Shown here in pieces: positions 35,905 to 46,627 of a stretch of DNA of 64,000 nucleotides. The stretch covers positions 3,968,001-4,032,000 of the forward strand of contig OX337230.1 of NCBI GenBank assembly GCA_946965045.2, in the 5' to 3' direction. The notes under the pieces were generated by a model that was given only the letters and a program-made list of their open reading frames with translations, made no database searches and was not told the DNA's origin. Numbering within the stretch: the first letter of the stretch is position 1; each line of letters begins with the position of its first letter. The DNA comes from Epithemia pelagica. Taxonomy: Eukaryota > Protista > Bacillariophyta. The position numbers and the translations under genes are program-made.

Positions 35905-37391
35905 TAAGGGCTGGGTCATCGATTTGACTGCACGTTTTGAAAATGCTAAGGGGCCGTATAGGGTTAAGGATTTCATCATAGATTTTCAAATTACGCGGTG
36001 ATTTCCCTCACATTTTCTTTCGCGATGACCATGGCGGTCTTCCATTGTTGATTGTGAGCCCCGTAGTCAAAAGTAACTGCACAAAATAGCGAAAATAGAC
36101 CCCCCGGGAAATTTGGACAGGGGGAACAACGCCAGCGACATTGCATGCGTAACTGAAAATAGAAGATTAACATATTAATCTGTGAAGTAGAGAAGAAAGG
36201 GGAAAAATCAATAACGACGCGTTGACGCTCAGAACAAATAAACGGGGAAAAATGGCAAAAAAGGGGGGGGGGTGAAAAAATCGAGTTGTATGGATGTCAC
36301 TGACTGTTCTGGGGGCGTGCTGTACGACTATGTAGCAAAGAGATAGATATTTTAAATATGGTGTCGCAGTTTTCCGGGTTTCCACTGAATTCCTGGAAAT
36401 GAGGGATTACCTGGGATTTATTTATCTCCAGCAGTTGGAAGACGTAAATACCTAAATTCGAACATGGAAATTTGGAAGTTGAAGCGATAGGGAAATTTCC
36501 GAAGGACAGAACACGGCAAAAATAATGCATGGTAGCGATGGGGAGTGGCTATAGAAATCTAGTAGTTGTAAGATAAGACAGCTGATGGGGGGAAATAACC
36601 CCACACTAACGGTAAAAGAAGTGCTGGTTGTCTAAAATTAGAGACTCTTATGAAATTGAAGCATTTTGGTTCGGGTCCTTTGGTTCTGAGTTCCACCACG
36701 ATGGGAATGGAGTGAACAATTACAGCGCATAGTGCTCCGGGCCTTGTGGTTGTGGATCTGGCATTGCTTTGTGTGATTGGTGGTTGTTGAGTTTTATTTT
36801 TGCCAGAGTCGCCACGTATGGAATAGGAGAGAAGATTATTTGGAGACGACAAAGAGAGCAGATGAGCGAACGGACGAGAAACAGAAAAAAGCAGTTCAAT
36901 GTAAAACACCATTAGAAGAATAGTGAGCGGAACACGAAAGACGAACAAGAGAGAGGAAAGCAGACGGAACCAACTGGGGTGAAGGGAAGAACTCCATGAC
37001 TGGGACTAAAATGGAGTTGACTTGGTTCCATAGTGATAATGATGATGGGAAGGAAACTGGAGGGAAGGGTGATGATGATATTAGAGGAATGTAAGTAGGA
37101 GCAACAGTGATGAGTGCGAGTCAGTTTACCCCCATGGGAACCAATATGGAGTGCAATATTCCCCCTTCAGACAACCCGTTTCCCTTTCCTGACGCTATCC
37201 CTTTTGCTTTTTGATTGCAACTATTTCGTACATCTTTCACTTAACACAATAAAGCAATGTCAAATAAGGTGGCAAACTAACTCCCACTTTGATTATTTGT
37301 GTAGTGGCTGACACCATCTTGTATCGCATCTCGTACGAGACTGCGTCAATGACATAGACTTTGGAAATACTACGGACTACTCTAACGTCAG

Positions 37392-38157
37392 TTATATTGC
37401 CTCGAGGTCTAAAGAATCAAAGAAGTGGCTGACACCAACTTTAACACCTCTCTGCATCAATTTCAAACTGTCATCTTCATTAGGACAATCATCGTTTCTT
37501 CGACATAGATGAAGGCAAACTTCCTGGGCCAAAATAACAAAGAGCCTTGAAAATAGCACTGTTTTTAGCACGTTGCTTCTTCCTTGACTCTGCAGCAAAT
37601 GGACCCAGTTCCGCACAGGGATGCTGAGTCCACGAGAGTGCGGTTGGACGAGGTGCTTCAGGTTTATCTCGGGAGAGGGGTGCAACCAAGAAAAACGGTT
37701 GTGCCGTTGAGGGGTGCCCCCACCATTGATCAAAATGATAATTTTTATAAATTTTCCATTCCGTAGGGTGTGGCTGAAGATACTCCGGTGGATTGGACCA
37801 ACGGATTGACGCCCATACTTTCAGCGGCTCAATACGTGGTTTCTTAAATGAACGAAAGCTGTCTGTTGGGCACTTCCATTTGGTGCCCAAATCATCCTCC
37901 CAAACTTTCACCATTGTCTCTGATATTCCAACTCCCCTGACCACTTGGTCACCCCATGTGCCTTCACGCAAATCGTGCATGACACCATTTGCATCCATTC
38001 TGCGGAACTGAACGTTGCGCTGCTCCATGTAAGGCAACTTCGTGGATGAGGACATTTGGACTTCTATAGAGACACTTGTGTAGTAGCAGCAATCCTCTTT
38101 TATCGATATGCTTGCACTAAGGCTTGAAATTGGACTGCAGGATGGAGCCGTAATCAA
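37392..38157 (-). pseudogene. Unknown protein, apparently frameshifted (two overlapping ORFs)
   Basis: ORFs 37489..38157 and 37392..37733 overlap in different frames with protein-like composition; no recognisable domain. Confidence 0.35.
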
Positions 38158-38389
38158 TCAGACTAGAACCTGTCCAACTCACTCTTATGGCATTTTGCAC
38201 TATATAGTGGAAGTGTAAGCACATATTCTACTATACAGTGGAACTGTACGTGCACATTCCAGTATACAGTCGAATTGTACGTGTACTGCGTGGACCGAGT
38301 GTGACACGAGCTGAGATGGCAACAAATGGCTGAGACTGTCGCATGCGATGTGATGCAAGATGATGTCATCCACGTGATCCATTTGTATT

Positions 38390-39020
38390 ATCCGGACGGA
38401 CTTTTTCCTGACGCAAGACGAGTCTCAACAATCATGATATGCTGTCTTGAATTAGTCGCGTCACCCACATTATAAACTCTAAATCCTAGATAGCAATGTA
38501 ACTCATAACGGATGTTAGGCTGTTATTACAAGACGAGTGGAAGTAGTGGCATGTGACATGTGATGCGAGATAATGTCACCCACGTCCATAACACGTGAGG
38601 GCCACCATCTTCCATTATGTGACGAACTAGCTGACACCATCCATCACCTACCATACGAGACTGCATGATGCAAGATGCTGGATTATCATGATGGCCTTTT
38701 TCTGACGTAAGAGGAGTCTCAACAGTCATGATATGATGTCGTGAAGTACGTGCGTCACCCACGTTACAAATTCTAAATCCCAATGGTAGGTTGGTATTAC
38801 AGGATGTTTGGAAGTAGTGTCATGCCTCATGTAACGTCACCCACGTCCATAACACGTGATTGCCACCAACTTCCATCATGTTACGAACTGGCTGACACCA
38901 TCGTCCATGACCTACCATACGAGACTGGTTGATGCAAGATGGTATCATGAACGTCATCCATTCCGATTATCTCGATGGCTTTTTTTCTGACGTAAGAGGA
39001 GTCTCAAGAGTCATGACATG
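38390..39020. repeat. Degenerate tandem repeat, period about 285-294 bp, about 2.2 copies
   Basis: Anchor TTTTT(C)CTGACG(C/T)AAGA.GAGTCTCAA with TGACG at 38409, 38703 and 38988. Confidence 0.85.
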
Positions 39021-39185
39021 ATAGTTGCGTCGCTCACGCGTTGGAATGGTTGCGTCGACTGAAATGCGGTAACTCATGTTATGTACGCGTTTTTTGTCAC
39101 TTCGTCTTCTTGGGCTCGCTTTGATTGACCGACCTACACGTGTAGTTGCTGAACACTTCTTTGCAATCCCGACCTCTACGATGCC

Positions 39186-39311
39186 AGATGATGATCAGGG
39201 GATGAGGAGTGAGGATGATGAGAGATTGTTTCTTTTGTTAGATGATGATCAGGGGATGAGGAGTGAGGATGATGAGAGATTGTTTCTTTTGTTGCCCCCC
39301 CCCCCCCCCCC
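39186..39311. repeat. 54-bp perfect tandem duplication followed by a C17 homopolymer
   Basis: AGATGATGATCAGGGGATGAGG... at 39186 and 39240; poly-C at 39295-39311. Confidence 0.9.
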
Positions 39312-39624
39312 TTCCCATGGTGTAGATTGGACGTGAGGTGTCATTGTGAAGGAGTTTTCTGTTCCACCCGACGAGTTGTTCGTAGAATGTCCGAATGAGG
39401 CGGCCGTTCCATTGAGGGAGGTTCCCATGGTCATTCAGAAAAGTTCCGGTTTGCAGTTCGTAAGATTCTGCTAGGGACGAATGTAAACTGTAGTGCAAGT
39501 TTTGTTACTTCTCAAATTATGACTAGGAGCTAAGTTGGGTGTAGTGCGAGGTCGATATTTTGTTGCATGTGTGGGAGTGAATGGAGGAGGCGCATGAACG
39601 CTGATACTCGCCCTTGACCGAGGG

Positions 39625-42600
39625 CTACCAACCCATGATCTTTTTGCGAGCCGTTTCGAAAGGTCCTGTGTCCAATGGTTTGGTAAAGGCATCGCCAAGT
39701 TGATCTGTCGTTGCGATCGCTTTCATGAAGATGCCGTTTGGATCAGTGCTGTTGGGTGAGTTGATGTGTGCGCGGAACCAGTGATATTTGATTCCAATGT
39801 GTTTGCTACGTGGTGTCATTCGCGGTGGATCTTTCGTCGCCAGTTGTAAGGCGGCTTGATTGTCTTCCCAGACGGTGCAAACGAAACTTGGGCCCGCTGG
39901 ATTCAGATGCAAATGAGTAATAATCTTGGCCAATTGATTGCGTAGTGGAAGGAGTGTACGCATGCTGGTTGAGGCAGCAATATACTCGGCTTCCATGGTT
40001 GAGAGTGCAATCTCAGTTTGTAGTTTACTGCTCCATGTGATGGGGGATTGACCGATGGTAATGATGAACCCGGTGCGCGACCGTACGGAAGTTGGATCAT
40101 CGGGGTTCTCGTTACTCCACAGGCCAGCGAAATCGGCGTCCACATAACAATGCAGACTCAGATCCTTGGATGGTTTTAGGATTAGGCCCCTCTCTGCGGT
40201 TCCCATGAGGTAGCGACCGATTCGTTTTAGTGCCTCTCCATGTAGTGCTGTGGGGTTGTTGCTGAATCGTGCCGTTTGGTTGATGGCGAATGCGCAGTCG
40301 GGTCGCGTGTTATTCCCGAGGTAGAGGAGCATGCCCACCACCGATCGGTAATTGTAGTCGGCGTTGAGTGGTGTTCCGTCCAGGTCTTTTCCAATTGTTT
40401 TCGTGGCAGGTGTAGCCTTGGGATTGGATTTGTCGAGTCCCAATGCGCTGATGATGCTACGAGTCAAGTGCGGTTGTCGTAGCTCGACGGTGCCATTCTC
40501 ATGATGCTTGATTTCAACTCCGAGGTACGTTGGAAGATCTCCGAGATGTTCGTAGTCCATCTTCGTCTGTGTCAGTCCCTCGAGGATTCGATTGACGCTT
40601 GCTTCGTCGTGTCCACAAATCACTGCGTCGTCAACGTACGTGATCATCACACAGCCCATTCCGATGAAGAGACATGGGTCGGAACCGTCAGGCTTGAGTC
40701 CAATTTGTTCCAGTTTGTTGCGTAGGTAATCGTACCATAGTCGTGGTGCCCGGCAATCGCCGTAAAGACTCTTGGTCACTTCTAGGACTTTGTCGCTCTG
40801 GCCTGCCCCATACCCTTGTGGCAGATTGACATAGATCGGTTCGGGTAGATCCGATTGGACAAAGGCGTTCTTGAAATCGATTGAGACCGTGTGTAGATTG
40901 TGTTGGATGGACAAGTTGAGAAGAAGACGGACGGTTGGCCAATCAATCACTGGTGCGAAGGTATCGTCTCGGCTAAAAGATGCCTTCTGCTGATCTCCAC
41001 GGACGACCAACCTTGCTTTATACCGTGAGATGGTCCCATCTGGTTTCCGTTTCCGTACAAAGGTCCACATAACGTCTACGATCTCCTTTCCTTTCGCTTG
41101 GATACGAGGGACAAGTTTGAATGTTTTCTTGTTCTCGAGCTCGTTTAACTCCTTGTCCATAGCCGCAATCCACTTGTCCTGTTCTTCCTGAGACAACAAG
41201 CGGATGTCGAAGTAGGATGGCGCGTCTTCGTTAATGGCTTTGGCACTGAAGTAGAGTGGATGCCAATCGTCGATGATGCCCAATGGCGACTGGATTTGAG
41301 CCAAGAGCCGCGAATCGAAGGTGGATGTGAGCTTGTCTGGGTCTAGTCCGTTAGGAAAATCCCACTTGATGGAGTTGGCATAGTGTCCAAAAGCTGTTGG
41401 ATCGTCGTTGATAGCCGTCATGGAGAAACGTTGCCCTGTGACACTTGTGTGTGCCCAAGAGCTGTCTTGATGGGAATCCACATTGTCTGGAAATCGTACT
41501 GGAGCGCGACGTTGACGGTGAGGTCGGCCTGTAGTGGGTTCATGCGTCGCATCAGAGGCTGGACTTGGTGACGACTCGCCCGTTTTTGAACGAGGTGACG
41601 ACTCGCCCGTTTTTGAACGAGGTGACAACTCGCCCGATTTTGAGCTGGGTGACGACTCGCCCGGTTTGGATCGAGGTGTGGTAGGCATGTCGTCGGAAGT
41701 GGAATCGAAAGAGTCAGTCTCGTCAGTCTCGGCAAGAGGTGACAGAGGAGTGATATCGTCCAATTGGATGGGTGTCACGTTAGGATGAGATTCAAGAGTC
41801 GTCCGGCGATGGTTACGACCAAGATCTAATGGTGTGCTTGGTGTAGTAGGCTGGTCGTGTGACGGTTGCTCTGCTCGCTCGCCCTCGGGGATATTCGGAA
41901 CTGGAAGGGACGAAGTGTCGTCGAAGGATACCTTGGGAAGGGACCAGACTGAATCCAAGTCGGGTAATGGTCCATCACGTGTCGGATCGTGGTCGTCGAG
42001 ATAATGATCGCGGGTAAAGAAGTCGGGTAAACTGTTGTCTTGGGGGAATGACCACGTGCTGTTGACAGACATAAATAATTCGTCGTACACCACATGAAAC
42101 TGGGGGGAAATGTGGCCAGTGTCCAAATTCCGAATCATGCCCACCAGACTAGAATGTTGGGGAGAGAAACCCAAGAACTGACCACGACGAGACCGGCGTG
42201 CCCACTTGGGAAGTTTCTTACCGTCCTGCAGTTTTGGATCCAACACGTAACTGGGACAACCCCACACACGAACTCGACGCAGCAGAGTACAATCGATCTT
42301 GGTGCCAGAGAACACTTCCATTGGACACATGTCGTTGTCTTCTTGAGGGACGTGATTGTAGATCCAGGTGGCGTATTCAAGGGCCATGGGCCATAAAGAC
42401 GGTGAAAATGCTGACGGCCATCGAATGTGACAATGGATCATCATGGCTCGGGCCATGTATGTAACTGTTTGAATTGCCCGTTCAGCACCTGCATTGGCAT
42501 GATGAGCTCCGACACCAGAGAGTGTGCTCAAGGGAGAAGGAAAAGTGTTCCGATTGGTCTTGAGAGATTCCTGAAAGGCGTCTGAGGTAAAGACACCGTT

Positions 42601-44361
42601 ATCAGAATGGTATCGAGTAACCTGTCGGCCAGCCTGATGGAGGGAGACTTCGAATTGGTTCTTGGAATTAATGGTGTCGCTGCTACCAAGGGAGACTTGT
42701 GGATAGCAGAAAATGGCTTTTGAACCATGGTCAAAGAAAATGGTACCACCCACAAAGCGATGCTCTGGTCTTTCACGGCCTCGTGTGTGCCAAAGGCGGC
42801 CTCGAACGGTGGACTCGAAGTGATCCATTGAAACCAATTCACCGGGAGAGAGTTTTCGGTCTGTTGGAGTCAAATGGCCTGCTTGGGAGTGTGGTACATT
42901 AGCCTTGGACTGGATTGGCCGACGTCGAGCTTTGGCGTACAAACATGCCAGGCATTGTGGTGCATCACAACTACCACTGCTCTTGAATGTGCAAGGTAGA
43001 CATGATGATGTGCCATCGCTTGGGTCAGAGTTCGAGTTGTCACGATAGAGCCTCTGGAGACGACGCATGTGAATATGTCCCAAGCGTTGATGATCCAACA
43101 ACAATTGTTTCTGTGGTCGGCTCAAGTTCCGATTCATCTCGTCCAAGGGATTTTCGTCATGTTCGGCCAAGAACTGATGCAATGTGAGCTGATTATTGGT
43201 CACAGATGCAGTTTCCAAGTGACATCGACACCACTGATTAAATCCGCAACGACAATCAACCGGTCGGTGCTGGGCTGTTGCTTGAGTGTGATTCTTGATG
43301 TGTTTCACTCGAACGATGGGAAGATTACTGGAATAGTCGATGGGTACAGTAATACGCCGTTCGGATTCCTTGTCAATCATAATGCTTGCGAATGATTGGT
43401 TGCTGACGAAAGTTGGGAAACGTTGGTCTTGACGGAGGTAAGCAGCGTTAATCTGTGGAGAGCAAAGTCTTGTACCAGCTGCCTTACAGAGGTTGGCTGG
43501 ATAGACCCATCGTCGTACAGTGCCGTCTTCGTGAATGGCGTCATATCCAACAATACCGGTACCGATGATAGGAAAGCGGTTGTCACTTGCGGCAGTGGAC
43601 ATGGATCCGTAATTACCGTATACCAACTCAACAAAATCATCCTCACGCATGGTTAAGCCATTGGAGGCGCCAGTGTCAAGGATGATGGGTACCACTGGAT
43701 CACTTGGAGCGTCGTCAGTGTGAGCGACTTGAGATACGATCATGGTCGGATCAATATGATGCATGGCATAACGGTATGTGAAACGGGGTGTCTCACAATT
43801 CGCACGTAAAAGGTTGCTAAAATCTGGACCAAGGGTATAGATCTTGGGATCTCTTGACAAAGGTAACAACTTGAGCTTGTCGTAACAATCAACCGTGTGA
43901 TTGTGCAAACGTAAAGCACGTATCGTGGGCCAATGGTTCCAATTCGTGGCAGATCTTGACTTGGACCATGTGCGTCTTCGTGTTCTCGTACCATGCTCGC
44001 CCCTGACCCGTGGAGGAGTGAAACTCATGACTCCCAAAGGGTAAGTTGACGACGTGAACATGAGGAGATGAAAGGCAAGGTAAAGGACCGAAAGTGGAGT
44101 CAAACAAATCACGTGATCGGATAAGCAAAGGCGACTATCGAAACCACTAGGAGGAAAATGGAACGGAGGTTTGGGAAGCAATCGATTGAGGTGGCGAAGG
44201 TGAGCTCGACTGGACGACGTAAACCGATACAAACAACCAACCAAAGTCAACACAAAACAATCAACCGTCGAGATCAAACAAAACCAACCACAGAGGCATA
44301 GCCAACAAAGAATGGTGTCCAACCAAGGAGGATAGAGAGCATTGGAGTGCTGGAGAAACAC
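39625..44361 (-). CDS. Copia pol (protease, integrase, reverse transcriptase, RNase H)
   Basis: ILDTGAS; LLLDHQRLGH...CLAC; DHF...SDNG...AERAI; YKARLVVRG, YVDD; YVDADFAG, EAEY, WEDNQ, DAFTK. Lies in the -1 frame relative to gag. Confidence 0.97.
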   Translation of the reverse strand: MFLQHSNALYPPWLDTILCWLCLCGWFCLISTVDCFVLTLVGCLYRFTSSSRAHLRHLNRLLPKPPFHFPPSGFDSRLCLSDHVICLTPLSVLYLAFHLLMFTSSTYPLGVMSFTPPRVRGEHGTRTRRRTWSKSRSATNWNHWPTIRALRLHNHTVDCYDKLKLLPLSRDPKIYTLGPDFSNLLRANCETPRFTYRYAMHHIDPTMIVSQVAHTDDAPSDPVVPIILDTGASNGLTMREDDFVELVYGNYGSMSTAASDNRFPIIGTGIVGYDAIHEDGTVRRWVYPANLCKAAGTRLCSPQINAAYLRQDQRFPTFVSNQSFASIMIDKESERRITVPIDYSSNLPIVRVKHIKNHTQATAQHRPVDCRCGFNQWCRCHLETASVTNNQLTLHQFLAEHDENPLDEMNRNLSRPQKQLLLDHQRLGHIHMRRLQRLYRDNSNSDPSDGTSSCLPCTFKSSGSCDAPQCLACLYAKARRRPIQSKANVPHSQAGHLTPTDRKLSPGELVSMDHFESTVRGRLWHTRGRERPEHRFVGGTIFFDHGSKAIFCYPQVSLGSSDTINSKNQFEVSLHQAGRQVTRYHSDNGVFTSDAFQESLKTNRNTFPSPLSTLSGVGAHHANAGAERAIQTVTYMARAMMIHCHIRWPSAFSPSLWPMALEYATWIYNHVPQEDNDMCPMEVFSGTKIDCTLLRRVRVWGCPSYVLDPKLQDGKKLPKWARRSRRGQFLGFSPQHSSLVGMIRNLDTGHISPQFHVVYDELFMSVNSTWSFPQDNSLPDFFTRDHYLDDHDPTRDGPLPDLDSVWSLPKVSFDDTSSLPVPNIPEGERAEQPSHDQPTTPSTPLDLGRNHRRTTLESHPNVTPIQLDDITPLSPLAETDETDSFDSTSDDMPTTPRSKPGESSPSSKSGELSPRSKTGESSPRSKTGESSPSPASDATHEPTTGRPHRQRRAPVRFPDNVDSHQDSSWAHTSVTGQRFSMTAINDDPTAFGHYANSIKWDFPNGLDPDKLTSTFDSRLLAQIQSPLGIIDDWHPLYFSAKAINEDAPSYFDIRLLSQEEQDKWIAAMDKELNELENKKTFKLVPRIQAKGKEIVDVMWTFVRKRKPDGTISRYKARLVVRGDQQKASFSRDDTFAPVIDWPTVRLLLNLSIQHNLHTVSIDFKNAFVQSDLPEPIYVNLPQGYGAGQSDKVLEVTKSLYGDCRAPRLWYDYLRNKLEQIGLKPDGSDPCLFIGMGCVMITYVDDAVICGHDEASVNRILEGLTQTKMDYEHLGDLPTYLGVEIKHHENGTVELRQPHLTRSIISALGLDKSNPKATPATKTIGKDLDGTPLNADYNYRSVVGMLLYLGNNTRPDCAFAINQTARFSNNPTALHGEALKRIGRYLMGTAERGLILKPSKDLSLHCYVDADFAGLWSNENPDDPTSVRSRTGFIITIGQSPITWSSKLQTEIALSTMEAEYIAASTSMRTLLPLRNQLAKIITHLHLNPAGPSFVCTVWEDNQAALQLATKDPPRMTPRSKHIGIKYHWFRAHINSPNSTDPNGIFMKAIATTDQLGDAFTKPLDTGPFETARKKIMGW
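41555..41670. repeat. 27-bp tandem repeat in the pol integrase-RT spacer (GESSPRSK units)
   Basis: GGTGACGACTCGCCCG... repeated about 4 times. Confidence 0.85.
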
Positions 44362-44366
44362 CCGCC

Positions 44367-46220
44367 CTAGCGAAAATCCCGCAAGGAGGTAAGGGCAACA
44401 TTGGCGTAAGTCTGGGGTGGTGCAGCAGTCGGTGTAGCAGGGGCACTGTCAGTCAAAGAGGTGTCGGCGGCTGGAGGAGAATCCGTAGTGTTCGCAATGG
44501 CAGCCGTGTCAGAGGGTGTGGCTGCAGGAGAGCGGCTGGAATTCACCTTGGTGGGGTCATGACGGTCTGTGCTGTGGTTACCCCAACGGCCGATGCCGTT
44601 TGGAGTACCATTCGGACACAAGGCACACCACCACAATTTGCGCTTGGGATTCGTCGGATGAGGCTTGGAGTTGGCCTCACCAGGACCAGGAGGAGTAGTG
44701 TCGATCGGTAAAGGTGGACGACGACCATTGTTCGACTTGGGGGTTCCAACCGGAGCAGCTTTCTTGGTCTCAGTGAGAGCAGGAAAAGCGGAGGTATCGG
44801 TCTTGACGGTCGGAAGCCATTTCTCGGACAACAAAAGAGAATGGTATTTGGCCACGACACGTTCGCGTAATCCGAAAAAGTCTTGAAGGATGGGGTCGTC
44901 GTGATTCTCCAAATAGTCCATCATGCTGAGAAACTTTGGAACCGTGCAAGTGAGAAGTCGTTCGACGAAGATACTGCAAATGTCGGCCGGGACATGTCCA
45001 CTTAAGTTCAAACGTAGAACCACATTGTTAAACGTAGAGCAAAACTGATTTATGTTTTCACCCGGATAGGCAGTGACACTGTGTTTCTCCAATCGGCGGA
45101 CGATACCACGAGCGGCGTCGGTAGTAGTCGTCATGAGTTGCGTGAGGATCATATGAAGAACCAAGGGCCCACCCTGCTCGTTGTCAGGGATCGTGACCAA
45201 GCGATTTTCAAGATCGGCACGAAGAGTCCCATCACAGGAGGCAAGCAACAAGTCCTGAGTCCAAGACAGATTCTGCGGGTGCAGACTATCGGTGGTGCGT
45301 TCCGCATAGATCTGGTTGCTTAAGCGGACTTGAGCCTCGGAGAGCGAACAAGCATGGTCGAGTAAGCTCAAAGTAGCACCTGACGAGTCCAAAATGCCGG
45401 TTTCTTCATCAACAGGAAGGATATCAAACACCGAATGCATGCAGTACGTCGTAAGACGTGTCTTGAGTGTATAAAGTTGCATCATAATCTTGTTGTTGTC
45501 GTCGAAGAAGGACTTGTCATCGGTCGTACTGACAACGGCCCAGGTGAAACTGAAGGGAGGAGTAAGTCCAACAACGGCTTCATTACGAAAGTCAAACAGC
45601 GTCTTCCCGGATAAGGAACTGCGATAGGCTGGAGAGACCGTGTCGGCGAAAGCTCCGAGTTCAAAAGTACGACTCTTGGCGGCAGTCAAAGTGATACCAT
45701 TCATCTGAGTATCGGCTGAAAGGGAACCGACTCCAGAGGTCTTCTTGGGCGTTGAAACAGGAGTAGGGATCTTCATGGTCTCAAAGATAGTAGGCAAAGG
45801 CAAGGAACTCAACAGCAAAGGTAAGCGGTAAGTTTGAGTCTGTTTTGGTTTGGACCAAAAAGTGAGTGTTAGCTCCCGTGCTCCAAGTTGTGTTGGGCCC
45901 AGTAACGGAGTGTTCTGGTTGGTGGACCAAGTCTCCAACTGCAATGTTGACTCCCAGTTGCCGAATGTCGGTCGCGTCAGGGTTCGGATTCGTGTAGGGG
46001 GCACAAATGAAATTTGTCGTACCACGAATGAATCGTTAAGTAAAACAATTCTTGTCGGTAAGTAAACGGTCATCAGTAAGGTGAATACTGTTACAACCCA
46101 GTGGAACCGCTTGGGCTCATAACTTGTCATTGTGAAGGAGTTTTCTGTTCCACCCGACGAGTTGTTCGTAGAATGTCCGAATGAGGCGGCCGTTCCATTG
46201 AGGGAGGTTCCCATGGTCAT
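44367..46220 (-). CDS. Copia gag
   Basis: 617-aa ORF starting within the 5' LTR; C-terminal WWCALCPNG...H motif. Confidence 0.85.
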   Translation of the reverse strand: MTMGTSLNGTAASFGHSTNNSSGGTENSFTMTSYEPKRFHWVVTVFTLLMTVYLPTRIVLLNDSFVVRQISFVPPTRIRTLTRPTFGNWESTLQLETWSTNQNTPLLGPTQLGARELTLTFWSKPKQTQTYRLPLLLSSLPLPTIFETMKIPTPVSTPKKTSGVGSLSADTQMNGITLTAAKSRTFELGAFADTVSPAYRSSLSGKTLFDFRNEAVVGLTPPFSFTWAVVSTTDDKSFFDDNNKIMMQLYTLKTRLTTYCMHSVFDILPVDEETGILDSSGATLSLLDHACSLSEAQVRLSNQIYAERTTDSLHPQNLSWTQDLLLASCDGTLRADLENRLVTIPDNEQGGPLVLHMILTQLMTTTTDAARGIVRRLEKHSVTAYPGENINQFCSTFNNVVLRLNLSGHVPADICSIFVERLLTCTVPKFLSMMDYLENHDDPILQDFFGLRERVVAKYHSLLLSEKWLPTVKTDTSAFPALTETKKAAPVGTPKSNNGRRPPLPIDTTPPGPGEANSKPHPTNPKRKLWWCALCPNGTPNGIGRWGNHSTDRHDPTKVNSSRSPAATPSDTAAIANTTDSPPAADTSLTDSAPATPTAAPPQTYANVALTSLRDFR

Positions 46221-46627
46221 TCGGAAAAGTTCCGGTTTGCAGTTCGTAAGATTCTGCTAGGGACGAATGTAAACTGTAGTGCAAGTTTTGTTACTTCTCA
46301 AATTATGACTAGGAGCTAAGTTGGGTGTAGTGCGAGGTCGATATTTTGTTGCATGTGTGGGAGTGAATGGAGGAGGCGCATGAACGCTGATATGAGGAGA
46401 TAAATGATGTAGTCTTGTATACAGGTGGCATATGAGTTGCGATGCGAGATCATGTCAGCTATGTCAAGAAAGGATGCCGTGGCTGCCACCATCCACTACA
46501 CATGTCGTACGACACTGCATCAATATGTGTGTACTAATGTGGGAATACGCGATGGAAACACAACTTACACGCATTACTATTTTCTGATTGTTATGATGAT
46601 AACCACCCAGTGCATGGTGATTACTCA

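Larger units (their letters stand above)
39339..46392 (-). mobile_element. Full-length Ty1/Copia (CoDi-like) LTR retrotransposon
   Basis: 268-bp LTRs at 39339-39606 and 46125-46392 with one mismatch seen. 5-bp TSD TGAGG. PBS AGTTATGAGCCC after the 5' LTR. gag, then pol in PR-IN-RT-RH order. Confidence 0.98.

Noticed and set aside
35948-35967. piggyBac-like end (...GGCCGTATAGGG followed by TTAA)
   Set aside because: No matching TTAA-CCCTATACGG partner was seen in the window.
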